A DNA stretch of 64,000 nt from an uncultured cyanobacterium (GCA_963750795.1 CAVVRZ010000018.1:40245-104244), one strand, 5' to 3'; positions 29,945 to 39,249 are shown, counted from the stretch's first letter. A program made the numbers and translations. Notes: generated by a model not told the origin, from the letters alone.

Positions 29945-30096
29945 TTAACGTGAGTTCGAGATAACTTGAAACCTTCACCCTAGCCCTCTCCCAGAACGGG
30001 AGAGGGAACAGGAAAACTGCGTCTTGCTCCCCTTCTCCCAGCTTAGGAGAAGGGGTTGGGGGATGAGGGATGTTTCTTAGCCCGAACTGACGTTAA
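29945..30096. mobile_element. MITE family 3 (TIR TTAACGTSAGTTCGRG) enclosing two CCCTCTCCC/GGGAGAGGG-type hairpins
   Basis: ttaacgtgagttcgag at 29945 and its inverted copy cccgaactgacgttaa ending at 30096. Confidence 0.6.
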
Positions 30097-30182
30097 TAAT
30101 TTTGAGCGCGATTTGTTAACGATGATTGCTAGAATAACGCTACAATCTTTTGTGATTAACCAATTTTTTTTAAGAAACTGCT

Positions 30183-30314
30183 ATGGAATTTCTTACTTCT
30201 ACCCTATCAGGCATTAACTTTCAGCTAATTTTTCAATTAACTTGTCTAGCTTTAATTGTTATTTCTGGCCCCGTCATCATTTTCTTACTATCTGCTGGCG
30301 GTGGTGATCTGTAA
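30183..30314 (+). CDS. psb30: photosystem II protein Psb30/Ycf12 (43 aa, not in the ORF track)
   Basis: MEFLTSTLSGINFQLIFQLTCLALIVISGPVIIFLLSAGGGDL. Single TM helix with the GPxxIxLL...G(G/N)(D/N)L end typical of Ycf12. A terminator hairpin follows. Confidence 0.65.
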   Translation: MEFLTSTLSGINFQLIFQLTCLALIVISGPVIIFLLSAGGGDL

Positions 30315-30328
30315 TCACTCAGATCAAT

Positions 30329-30376
30329 CCCCAAAAGCAAAAAAACTCGCTAAGCGAGTTTTTTTTGCTTTTGGGG
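30329..30376. terminator. bidirectional hairpin between psb30 and the WD40 gene
   Basis: ccccaaaagcaaaaaaactcgc/gcgagttttttttgcttttgggg. Confidence 0.65.
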
Positions 30377-30403
30377 ATTAGTAGAAACCAAGCATTACTT
30401 GGG

Positions 30404-32617
30404 TCACTTAGTCTGATCGCAGCCAAGGGCAGGGACACGATTAGTTTTTTGACTGAGAATTTTCCCCTCAGCAGTTCCACTCAAGACCAAGATTTCTTTG
30501 GGGGTGAGATCAATATCAACAGCCGTAACGGGCGTATTAGAAGTGATCATAGTTTTGCCATTCAGTTCACCCGATGCCCTACGACCATTACTGGTTAATC
30601 CCCATAGCTTTACCTCACCATCGTCGCCACCGCTAACCAAATAACAACCTTGATTACTAAAAGCGATCGAGCGGACGGGTTTAGCCTTGTGAGCATCTTT
30701 CCATACTTCAACCAGTTGACAAGGCTGGCTCCCGACTTGACCGCTACTGTTGTTATTAGGTAAACAATTATTCAAGTTCCAGAGGGTGATGTAGCCTTGG
30801 TTGTCCGCAGTGGCGAGGAGATTGCGTTGGCGCTCGGGGACGCTGATACTTTGGATATAGTCGTCCTGTCCACCTGAGTTGGGATAGGTCAGAGTTTTGG
30901 TGGTGTCAGTAACCCAGTTCCAGAGGACTAGCTGGTTGTAACGCCCTGCGATCGCTAGGGTATTGTCATTATCATTGCCCACAAGAGCGATCGCATTGAT
31001 CGCAAAATCAAACTGCTTAGTTTGTCTAGGTTGCGTCGGCGGATTGGTAAATAAATTTTGTAAATCCCAACGCAGTAGTAAACCACTGCCATGACCGCTA
31101 AAGAGATTACGCGCATCAAGTGTATATTCCAGTCCAAAGACGCGATCGTCATTTTGATTACTAAAGGTCGCGATCGGGCGCTGGCTACCTTGGGTATTTA
31201 GGATTTGGATCTCACCATTTTCTAATCCTGCGGCGAGAAGATCATTATTAAAGGGGCGATAGCGGACGGTTCTAATGGCTTTTTGAGCTTCCGTCAATAC
31301 GCCTAGGTCATACTTCACAAACAGTGTGTGAAAACCTTCCACTTCCCAAGTGCGAATTGTGCGATCGTTAGAACTACTAACAGCGTGATTGCCAATGCCA
31401 TCGTACTGCACGGAGGTGACGGCTCCTTTGTGGGGTAAGAAAGGATTATTGGGATTAAATCCTAGCAATAACCCAAGAATAAACATCAAAATAAAGAAAA
31501 GAACTAATAACCACCAGATCGAAATAATTGGCTTAACAATCACTTCGATCGCTTGGATTTCATCTACGGTATTCACCCGCGTATCTTGCCAATTTGCCTT
31601 GATTAATAGCTCTAACTGCTGCTCTCTACCAAGCCAAGGTCTAGGCTTATCGATTTGCAAGATTAGTTCTGACTGACTAAAGGGGTTAACTGCTGACTCA
31701 TTGGGCAAAAACTCATAGCTAAAATCTTCAGTATTACTGGAATAGGCACTCTCTACTTCAAAACTAATCGTTTGATTTAAGTTACTAGCATTGACTGCCG
31801 TGAGATTAAAAATCGCAGGGGTATATCGCCAAAATTTCCACCATGTTTTCCACCAAGAGCGCCAAGGCTGTTGATTAGGAATAGTTTGTAGTTTTTCAGG
31901 ACAGCTAACCGACAACTCGCCTTTAGGTAATACTTCGAGATTGCACTGCAATTGCGAAGGCAGTCCATTGGTGTGGGAAACATTGATCGTAAAGGGATAG
32001 GTCTTAGCGATCGCCTCTTCATCAAAGGGTAGATTACATAAGAAGGAAGTACTAATCTGTGCGCCTGCTTTGAGCTGCAACTGTTGGATATGCCCATTGG
32101 GAAACCAAAATGGGGGCAAATCTACACAGGTGAGGGTGACATTAGTATTTTGTTGGCTAAGATTGCTGATTAAAACAGGGATTTCTAGATCATTAAGGGG
32201 GATTGCTTGTAGTTTTTGGGAAGGAACATTGACCTTGAGAATGGCACGGCTAGCTCCTTCCTGTAGGTTGACTCGCAAAATCTCCCGATTCTCTTCGCGT
32301 AGCTCCATCGAGAAGGCGCGTACCGTGATGTTCATGATGCCCATAAAACCAGCGATCGGTGGTTCAATGATCGAAACCATAAACTCCACCAGATCCCCTG
32401 GGGGAATCTTGACGCTGACATCGGGAGAGATCGTATACCATTCATAGGTAATGGCATCAGCATCAGCACCTGCGGCAATCAGCTCAATCTGAAAGCTAGA
32501 GAACTGATTACTCTCATTGACGACGATCACGGGAAAAGAATTACCCGCTTCACCAACTTTAAAATTTAACTCTTTCTTGGGGATTTCTAAACCAACATGA
32601 TTCGCGGGCATCGCCAT
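30404..32617 (-). CDS. membrane-anchored WD40-repeat protein (N-terminal Ig-like region, one TM helix, C-terminal beta-propeller)
   Basis: TM helix IISIWWLLVLFFILMFILGLLLGF at about aa 360. Downstream repeats include GHKGAVTSVQY..S.DRTIRTWEV and SGGDDGEVKLWGL. Starts 12 nt after the Cache-HAMP stop. Confidence 0.8.
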   Translation of the reverse strand: MAMPANHVGLEIPKKELNFKVGEAGNSFPVIVVNESNQFSSFQIELIAAGADADAITYEWYTISPDVSVKIPPGDLVEFMVSIIEPPIAGFMGIMNITVRAFSMELREENREILRVNLQEGASRAILKVNVPSQKLQAIPLNDLEIPVLISNLSQQNTNVTLTCVDLPPFWFPNGHIQQLQLKAGAQISTSFLCNLPFDEEAIAKTYPFTINVSHTNGLPSQLQCNLEVLPKGELSVSCPEKLQTIPNQQPWRSWWKTWWKFWRYTPAIFNLTAVNASNLNQTISFEVESAYSSNTEDFSYEFLPNESAVNPFSQSELILQIDKPRPWLGREQQLELLIKANWQDTRVNTVDEIQAIEVIVKPIISIWWLLVLFFILMFILGLLLGFNPNNPFLPHKGAVTSVQYDGIGNHAVSSSNDRTIRTWEVEGFHTLFVKYDLGVLTEAQKAIRTVRYRPFNNDLLAAGLENGEIQILNTQGSQRPIATFSNQNDDRVFGLEYTLDARNLFSGHGSGLLLRWDLQNLFTNPPTQPRQTKQFDFAINAIALVGNDNDNTLAIAGRYNQLVLWNWVTDTTKTLTYPNSGGQDDYIQSISVPERQRNLLATADNQGYITLWNLNNCLPNNNSSGQVGSQPCQLVEVWKDAHKAKPVRSIAFSNQGCYLVSGGDDGEVKLWGLTSNGRRASGELNGKTMITSNTPVTAVDIDLTPKEILVLSGTAEGKILSQKTNRVPALGCDQTK

Positions 32618-32629
32618 ATACTCCTGTAG

Positions 32630-34003
32630 TTATCTTTTCTCTCGCACAGCTCGTGAACGCTGCAAAATCAGTTGTAATGAGTTAGTTTGCCCCATTTGTG
32701 AAGCGATCGCTGCTTTTTTAGCCTCATCCTTCTCTAGGCGCAGCTTATGCAGTTGACTCAGCATTCCCTGTTGACGCTCGGCAATGGTATTACCCATTTC
32801 CTGAAAAACCCTTGCCATTTGTCCCAATTCATCTTGGCGAGTCGCAACATCCTGCAACTCTTCAGGATTAAAGGTTTCTTCCTCAATTTCTTTGGCGGCG
32901 TTCATTAGTTCTTTGATGGGCTTTAGTAACCATGAAGCGATCGCTAAGCCGATGATGATATTAACACCCAGCATAATGACGATGATGCCGATGGTTAGAC
33001 GGTTGTTTGCGTCAATTTCCTCCATAAAAACTGATTTTGGCACGATAATTCCCACCGACCAATCAGGCTGATCTTTATTGTCCAGTTTGTGGGTGCTTAC
33101 AAAGTAGGTTTCACCATTAGATTCAAATTCAAGAATTTGGGAATTTTCTAAATTCCCAAATCCACCAAACTTTTCTTGCACCAACTGTCCCACCTTCTGT
33201 AAGCGTGGATTGCCACTTTGAGACGCATCAAAGCGTTGTATGCTTTTACCATCTTTGAGAAATACAGGCTCATCGGCAGTGCTACCCACTAACTTCCCAT
33301 CGGATTCCACCAAAAATAAATGCCACTTATCTGTGGGGCGAATCTCCTGCATAAATTGCTTGATTTGCTTTAGAGAAATATTTACTCCCGCCACACCTTG
33401 AAATTCTCCCTTACTGTCGTAAATAGGAGTAGCTTTGGTAGTAGTCAGTTCGCCATCGGTGGTACTGACAAACACAGAAGTCCACACAGGCGCTCCTATC
33501 TCTTTTGCAGCTTTATACCAAGGGCGATCGCGATGGTCATAGATTTCATTCATTACAATTTTGCCACGTTCTCCCCGCTCATTTAGCTCGTAGGTCGGGC
33601 GGTTGGGCGCAGTAGTATTATCCCGAATTCGTAATAAAAGGCTAGAATCAGCAAGCCGATCAACCCCCACCATTGATCCATTTTTATTGCCAAAGAAGAG
33701 AATATTATTAACTTGAAGTTCTTGAGATTTGTTGAAAATATATTCCTGTACTTCGCTAATATTATCGGGGTTAATATTACCTTTATTCAGGGCAAAGGAT
33801 AGAGCTTGATTACTTTGAATAGAGCGATCAAGATAGGAACCTATTTGCTGTTCAACTCGATAATTTAGATTATCACAAAGTTGAGTAGTTAGCTTCTTAA
33901 TCGCTTTTTCGCTACTACTAAAGGAAATCCAACCTGTAACACCAACGGCAACGGCGATCTGAAGACTAAGAACTATGGGAAAGACTTGACGAATGGAAGA
34001 CAT
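32630..34003 (-). CDS. Cache-HAMP membrane sensor with no recognisable output domain
   Basis: N-terminal TM, dCache-like periplasmic region (WYKAAKE...PVWTSVFVS...TTTKATPIYD), second TM and HAMP (LLKPIKELMNAAKEI...LGQMARVFQEM). Only about 60 aa of coiled coil lie before the stop. Confidence 0.7.
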   Translation of the reverse strand: MSSIRQVFPIVLSLQIAVAVGVTGWISFSSSEKAIKKLTTQLCDNLNYRVEQQIGSYLDRSIQSNQALSFALNKGNINPDNISEVQEYIFNKSQELQVNNILFFGNKNGSMVGVDRLADSSLLLRIRDNTTAPNRPTYELNERGERGKIVMNEIYDHRDRPWYKAAKEIGAPVWTSVFVSTTDGELTTTKATPIYDSKGEFQGVAGVNISLKQIKQFMQEIRPTDKWHLFLVESDGKLVGSTADEPVFLKDGKSIQRFDASQSGNPRLQKVGQLVQEKFGGFGNLENSQILEFESNGETYFVSTHKLDNKDQPDWSVGIIVPKSVFMEEIDANNRLTIGIIVIMLGVNIIIGLAIASWLLKPIKELMNAAKEIEEETFNPEELQDVATRQDELGQMARVFQEMGNTIAERQQGMLSQLHKLRLEKDEAKKAAIASQMGQTNSLQLILQRSRAVREKR

Positions 34004-34026
34004 AATTAGATTAACCTCACAAAGAA

Positions 34027-34113
34027 ATCAAATAAAGTTCTCTATCTCTTTCATAGCTTCGGCTACGCTCAGCCACCAATATACGATAGCTGAGCGCAGT
34101 CAAAGCCTCTAGA
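34027..34113. mobile_element. MITE family 1 remnant abutting or overlapping the stop codon of the 487-aa gene
   Basis: cttcggctacgctcagccaccaatatacgatagctgagcgcagtcaaagcctctag. Confidence 0.55.
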
Positions 34114-35572
34114 TATACATATTGGTAATACGACGCTGCTCCTTGATCGGTTGATCACTGTTACTTGTGTACTGGGGATTGACCTGCATGGCTTGCATAA
34201 TTCGATGACGTTGGGCGGCATAGTTAAGGATGTTGATGCCCAATTCTTGACAAGTGCGAATACATTCTCTAGTGAGTAAGCGATCGCTCTGACCAGCCCA
34301 AATCGAAGATAGATTGCCTAATACAGTGATCACTCCATTGCTAGTTAGTACTTGTAAAGGTTGTTCGGCAAAGATAGGTAGTTGATGGAATAAGAATGGT
34401 TGACTGCGGAGTGGATGATCGTGATTTAGTTCAGCAAAAGATCGCATTGCCTTAATTTCGGGGATTAAGCTACTTAAGGAGTTAGTGAGTTCTTGGCGAT
34501 ACATATTTAATTCGGCAGCGATCGCTTCCAGCTCTTCTAATAACTGAGCCTGAATGATATCGGATTCATTGCCATCGTTAAAAGAGATATCTCCATTGAG
34601 CTTATTGAGGTGATTCTTCGTGTTGGTTTGGAGTTTGTGATGAGCATTTTGAAGTTCGTCATAAATAGAAAGTAAACTTTCAACTCTAGTATTGGCGATC
34701 GCCACTTCGATCAACAATAAGCCACCTGCTTTAACATATCTTTGTAGAGCGTCTTGGGTATTGACAGTGAGGCTAGAAATTTGACTCTCTTGGATGTGAA
34801 TTAATTGGTAATTAATTAATTTCTCAATAGTCAAGTCATCATTAATACTTAGTTGATCAATGACCGAAATATTAGCAAGCTGTGGAGTCATGCTCGCTGT
34901 AGCCTGTCCCAAGAAATCAAAACTCCGAGAGATATTATGCTCACTCTGATCGCTAGTCTGGTTATTAACACAACAGGCGATCGCTAGATTATATTCAGGT
35001 CTTAGCTTGATCGATAGGCGATGGCGCAAATCCAATTGCGAAATTTGCGGATGGATGATGTCAGTCGGTTGTTGAATCGCTAACTGTCCTTCCGCGATCG
35101 CCACACGACATAATTCAATATCTGTATCTAGAGGTGGATCGGTTTTTTCATTGATCCTGAAGGTTTCCACCAATATCTCATTATGTTCTGAACGCTTCAA
35201 CTTCGCAGGATCAACATAGCTGAGAACTAAATAGACCGTATCAATCCGTTGCTCATAGGCTGCGGTCGAGATCCGAAAATCAAGAGGCGATGGCACGACA
35301 ATAAAATTGCCATGCACATCAATCGCAATCCCCGGCTGAATCTGTACCCAACGATCATCCCGAAATTTTGCAGGCATATCCATCGGCGCAGTTATTGGCG
35401 CGACTCCCAAGCCGCAGACGATCCCGGGAGAGAATAGAGATTGATAGAGAACGTTTTGACGTTGATGGTGATAAGCATGGGCAAGCTGCCAACGTTCGCT
35501 ATTGATCATCAAGCCATCGGAGACTTGTAGCCGCTCAAAGGATTGAATTTCAGGATCGGGAAAGTTTTTCAT
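34109..35572 (-). CDS. CIS-associated 487-aa protein: N-terminal baseplate/fibre-associated-like domain fused to a DUF4159-like C-terminal domain
   Basis: N-terminal LAHAYHHQRQNVLYQSLFSPGIVCGLGV...IQPGIAIDVHGNFIVV. C-terminal YVKAGGLLLIE...LGNLSSIWAG...CQELGINILNYAAQR. Confidence 0.5.
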   Translation of the reverse strand: MKNFPDPEIQSFERLQVSDGLMINSERWQLAHAYHHQRQNVLYQSLFSPGIVCGLGVAPITAPMDMPAKFRDDRWVQIQPGIAIDVHGNFIVVPSPLDFRISTAAYEQRIDTVYLVLSYVDPAKLKRSEHNEILVETFRINEKTDPPLDTDIELCRVAIAEGQLAIQQPTDIIHPQISQLDLRHRLSIKLRPEYNLAIACCVNNQTSDQSEHNISRSFDFLGQATASMTPQLANISVIDQLSINDDLTIEKLINYQLIHIQESQISSLTVNTQDALQRYVKAGGLLLIEVAIANTRVESLLSIYDELQNAHHKLQTNTKNHLNKLNGDISFNDGNESDIIQAQLLEELEAIAAELNMYRQELTNSLSSLIPEIKAMRSFAELNHDHPLRSQPFLFHQLPIFAEQPLQVLTSNGVITVLGNLSSIWAGQSDRLLTRECIRTCQELGINILNYAAQRHRIMQAMQVNPQYTSNSDQPIKEQRRITNMYI

Positions 35573-35629
35573 GGATGATTTTTAAATCTGAGAATTTAAG
35601 TCTGAGAGTTTAAGTCTGAAGATTTTGGG

Positions 35630-36742
35630 CTAAATAATTTCCAAATCATAGGTACAAAAAGCAGGCTTCTCCCGTTCAATAATTTGATGAATTAGATCGG
35701 TATTGATCATGCTCGGCAAATCATTGCGAATACGGACAATGAAATGAAAAGGTCTGCCGCCACCCGCCGAAGCATCAACGCCTAATTGAGCTTCATTTAA
35801 GATGAATCCTCTACCTGTCACCTCAAAAATATCAATATGCTTTTGTCCCTCTGGTAAATGCTCATCTAGGGGTAAACCCGTAAATAGGTGAATGTAAAAA
35901 CGTAATCCCCTGCGAGTACCGCGCCAACGATAGATCTGCATTGCCTGCTTAATCAAATAGCGCTGCCGTTTAACATCTAGCAATGGTGACATTTCCCAAC
36001 CGACCCAATGGGCGAGAAACGGTAACATCGTCTCAGGCGCTAAGATTGGGTCAACATATGCCCAGAGTGCGTTAAAAATCTGGACATCAGGCTCAAGGGA
36101 TTCTTCAAAAATCTTTAGCAGTCGCCCCACAAAGTCAACTTCTCGGAAAATATCAGGTAAAAACCCTAGATAAAGGCTATGGGGACGAATATAGAGATGA
36201 ATAGGAGCAATGTCCAATAGTTCTAATTTTACCATTGGTGTTAAGACCTCAGAACTAGCACTGTTGCTACCCTCAAGTTTTGGAGTAGGGGTATCGGTCG
36301 GATCTGCGTAACCTCCGTATATATGCAGATGACCGTGGTAATTGATGGTTAAGGCTTGATCATGGGCGATCGCTTCTTGATTTTCAAAGAAGTCTATCGG
36401 CACTTGAAAATAGAGAACGGCTTCCATTTCACCATAGGCAGGAATGCGATCGCCTTCCATCCCAATCCGACACCACTGATTAGGAAAATCACCTTCTAAG
36501 CGCAAGTTAACAACTAGCGGTCGGGCATTAGTATTTTTGATTTTAACGATAATTTCACTAGGATCTCCAGGATTGATCAAAAGCTGGCAGGAACTGGCAG
36601 CCACATCCAACTCGGCAATCCCTCCATTGTCCCGCTTGTCCTTAGCTTGCTCAGCACTATTCAGACTCTGATCGGAGACATTGGGAGCCTTCATGGAGAT
36701 CAGTTGAATGCTAAGAGCTTGTAGCTTACTTGGGGAGGGCAT
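35630..36742 (-). CDS. baseplate protein with phage P2 gpI-like (tail protein I) domain
   Basis: LPDIFREVDFVGRLLKIFEE...LAPETMLPFLAHWVGW...KRQRYLIKQAMQIYRWRGTRRGL is the Tail_P2_I pattern. Starts 6 nt after the upstream stop. Confidence 0.7.
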   Translation of the reverse strand: MPSPSKLQALSIQLISMKAPNVSDQSLNSAEQAKDKRDNGGIAELDVAASSCQLLINPGDPSEIIVKIKNTNARPLVVNLRLEGDFPNQWCRIGMEGDRIPAYGEMEAVLYFQVPIDFFENQEAIAHDQALTINYHGHLHIYGGYADPTDTPTPKLEGSNSASSEVLTPMVKLELLDIAPIHLYIRPHSLYLGFLPDIFREVDFVGRLLKIFEESLEPDVQIFNALWAYVDPILAPETMLPFLAHWVGWEMSPLLDVKRQRYLIKQAMQIYRWRGTRRGLRFYIHLFTGLPLDEHLPEGQKHIDIFEVTGRGFILNEAQLGVDASAGGGRPFHFIVRIRNDLPSMINTDLIHQIIEREKPAFCTYDLEII

Positions 36743-36748
36743 AGAGAT

Positions 36749-39004
36749 TTAGTTAACAATATTAATGACGTGGCTAGAACGTAGACGAGGACTGCGCCAA
36801 GAACAAATCAAACCCGATGTACCCGGGTCGATCACGGGTTGCGGAGCAAGTCGTCTCACCCACTGGTTATTTTCATAGCGCAATTCAAAAAGTTGAACTG
36901 TGCCTAAAAATCTAATGCCCTGTACACTTTGCAAAAGTTTAACGATATCCGAGGGATAGACAGGACGACCAAATTCCCAACCTTGACCTTGGATACCTCC
37001 CGTAATCGGATTGAGGAACCGATAGAGCATCACCTTGACCTGTTGGACGATCTCTTGTTGAACTTGCGGGTTGGTATAGGAAGGTTCGAGGTTAATCTCG
37101 GTCTGGACTGAGACTCCGACATACTGGGGTGATGCCAGTTGGATCTGCACTCCCAGCATTTTTCGCTCCTCCAAGTAGGTCAGGACTTTATTTGTCAGTT
37201 GCGGCGTAATCATTAGTTCATCGGGGTGGATGCCTTGACCTTGTTCTATACCTTCAGTGCGTACCTTCGGCACAATTAGTAATTTGACAATACCCGCATC
37301 TTCCTTTCGTTTTGCAGAAGAACAAAGCACCCGTGAGACATTGCCTTCCCCAGCAAGAAGGGTGAGATATTCAAAATCCGTTTGATTGACAGCGCGATCG
37401 CGGGTTTTTAAAATTTTAGGTACGCGCATCACCACGTCATCAAGGGACTCTGCATCTGTACCGTTGTAGGCAGAGACATGATTAATCAGACTTGCCACAT
37501 AGGGAATCGCACTTTTAGCAACTTGAATACTGCCCCGTTGAACATTGCCACGGAAGCCTCCGCCTGTGCGATATTTGACGATCTGGATCACTGCACCCCT
37601 AGGTGGTACGGCTCCGTACTGTGTGCCTGTCGTCGCCGCGTTACTGGCATTGACAAGATTAGCGCTATCAGCTTGATTGGCAAGAGTACCATTAGCGCCA
37701 ATACCATTGACGATCGCCCTCTGCATAGGGTCACCTTGTACCCGCATCCGTTGCAAAATATGCTGACTTTGGTAATTTGGCGATCGCACAAAGGGTCCAA
37801 ATTGAATCGTTCCCGAAGTGGAATCCAGAACATAGTGCAGATCGCTATCCGTAGATTCCGAAAAGTCCTCTACTTCATGCCAGATTTGCGGTAAACCAAC
37901 GGCAGGAATAACTAATACATATTCATCCGCTGCCCTTGGTAAAACTGGTCGGTTTTGCAATTGAAACAATTGTCCCGATGTGCCATCACTTTCCCCAACA
38001 ATCTCATTAGTCATTGTGGAGCATTGGGTGACTGTGACTGTGCCGCCAACGGATCTAACACTCATACCAATAATTTGGGGAGGATGACTGTAGCCAGATT
38101 GATTGTTCATCGGCTCAACATAACTACAGCGTAACCATCTGCCGCGATAGGTCGCAAATTGGACAACATTCCAATTTAGGGGTAAGTGTAAGATTACTTC
38201 TGCTCCCTGTGCGGGGTTAACCCCTTCTTCTGGTGAGGAACTAAAGCTAAATCCCCTTGTGTGATCGTCATTTTCCTTTAAAAGTACCGATTGCCATGCA
38301 TACCCATTCCAAGCCTCCCAAAATCGTGGTGGACTATTGGGATTGATCCCCGTGGTTGTTGCCGATGCACCTTTGAAGTTAATGGCGATCACATTGCCAT
38401 CGACGGGGCGATCTTCGGTAAAGACAATATAAAAGCAGTTGTTCGGTTCAGGAGGATCGCTGAATAGGGGAATTTCTTGCCCTGACCATTGCTCAATGTT
38501 GTCCTCTGTCCAAACATCTTGGAGTAAATCGCGAAAGGACTCAGGGCGATCGTCAGTTCTGGGAGCAGATAGTAAATGGGAAATTCGTGGCTTCGCAATT
38601 ACTAGGGGTTGATTGGTACTAAAGATAATTGCTTCTTCGTCTTCAGTACGGAGAGTCGCGATTTCACTATCCTTAGGAATTATATAGGTGTCAGGAAGAG
38701 AAGCAGTGAGATAGAAGGTAATATCTGTCTGGGCAGAAGTCGGTGGCTGTAAACGGATGCCCAGTAGTTCTAGAAAGGCAATGTAGTTACGGCGAGGAAC
38801 TTGATTAAACCGCATCAACATCTGATCGGTTAGCCAAGCAAATAGTTCAATTAGCGTAACGCCAGGGTCACTAGGATTATAGTTTGTCCATTCTGGACAA
38901 TAACGGGGAATTCTTAATAAACATTCATTTACTAATTCCGCAAAAGTGCGATCGTCAAGATCTGATTTTGGCAAATTAGGAAGAAAATCAAACTCTCTCG
39001 TCAT
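36749..39004 (-). CDS. baseplate J / gp6-like putative baseplate assembly protein (Afp11-like)
   Basis: N-terminal RTFAELVNECLLRIPRYCPEWTNYNPSDPGVTLIELFAWLTDQMLMRFNQVP matches eCIS baseplate assembly proteins. 751 aa. Confidence 0.75.
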   Translation of the reverse strand: MTREFDFLPNLPKSDLDDRTFAELVNECLLRIPRYCPEWTNYNPSDPGVTLIELFAWLTDQMLMRFNQVPRRNYIAFLELLGIRLQPPTSAQTDITFYLTASLPDTYIIPKDSEIATLRTEDEEAIIFSTNQPLVIAKPRISHLLSAPRTDDRPESFRDLLQDVWTEDNIEQWSGQEIPLFSDPPEPNNCFYIVFTEDRPVDGNVIAINFKGASATTTGINPNSPPRFWEAWNGYAWQSVLLKENDDHTRGFSFSSSPEEGVNPAQGAEVILHLPLNWNVVQFATYRGRWLRCSYVEPMNNQSGYSHPPQIIGMSVRSVGGTVTVTQCSTMTNEIVGESDGTSGQLFQLQNRPVLPRAADEYVLVIPAVGLPQIWHEVEDFSESTDSDLHYVLDSTSGTIQFGPFVRSPNYQSQHILQRMRVQGDPMQRAIVNGIGANGTLANQADSANLVNASNAATTGTQYGAVPPRGAVIQIVKYRTGGGFRGNVQRGSIQVAKSAIPYVASLINHVSAYNGTDAESLDDVVMRVPKILKTRDRAVNQTDFEYLTLLAGEGNVSRVLCSSAKRKEDAGIVKLLIVPKVRTEGIEQGQGIHPDELMITPQLTNKVLTYLEERKMLGVQIQLASPQYVGVSVQTEINLEPSYTNPQVQQEIVQQVKVMLYRFLNPITGGIQGQGWEFGRPVYPSDIVKLLQSVQGIRFLGTVQLFELRYENNQWVRRLAPQPVIDPGTSGLICSWRSPRLRSSHVINIVN

Positions 39005-39249
39005 TGCTGAATGCTCTGCTCGTTGCTTGGGTTTGAATAGTGATGCTGACTATAATCGAATTCTACTGGTTAGCGTCTTACTTTGTTACTGAAATACTAA
39101 ATTATTTAACCTAAATGACTACATTTGTCGAAAATATCGCAAACCATCAATAAGCGATCGCTATTTTCTACAGCAAAAGAAGCTTTTGGAGGTTTAGTTT
39201 GTACCAATAGCTCTTGCTTTGCCATATTTCAACATCAGTTCAATGAAAT

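Noticed and set aside
39106-39225. 39-codon minus-strand ORF in the gap where spike or tape-measure genes would be expected.
   Set aside because: It is too short and has no motif or visible RBS. It is mentioned only under the gap finding.
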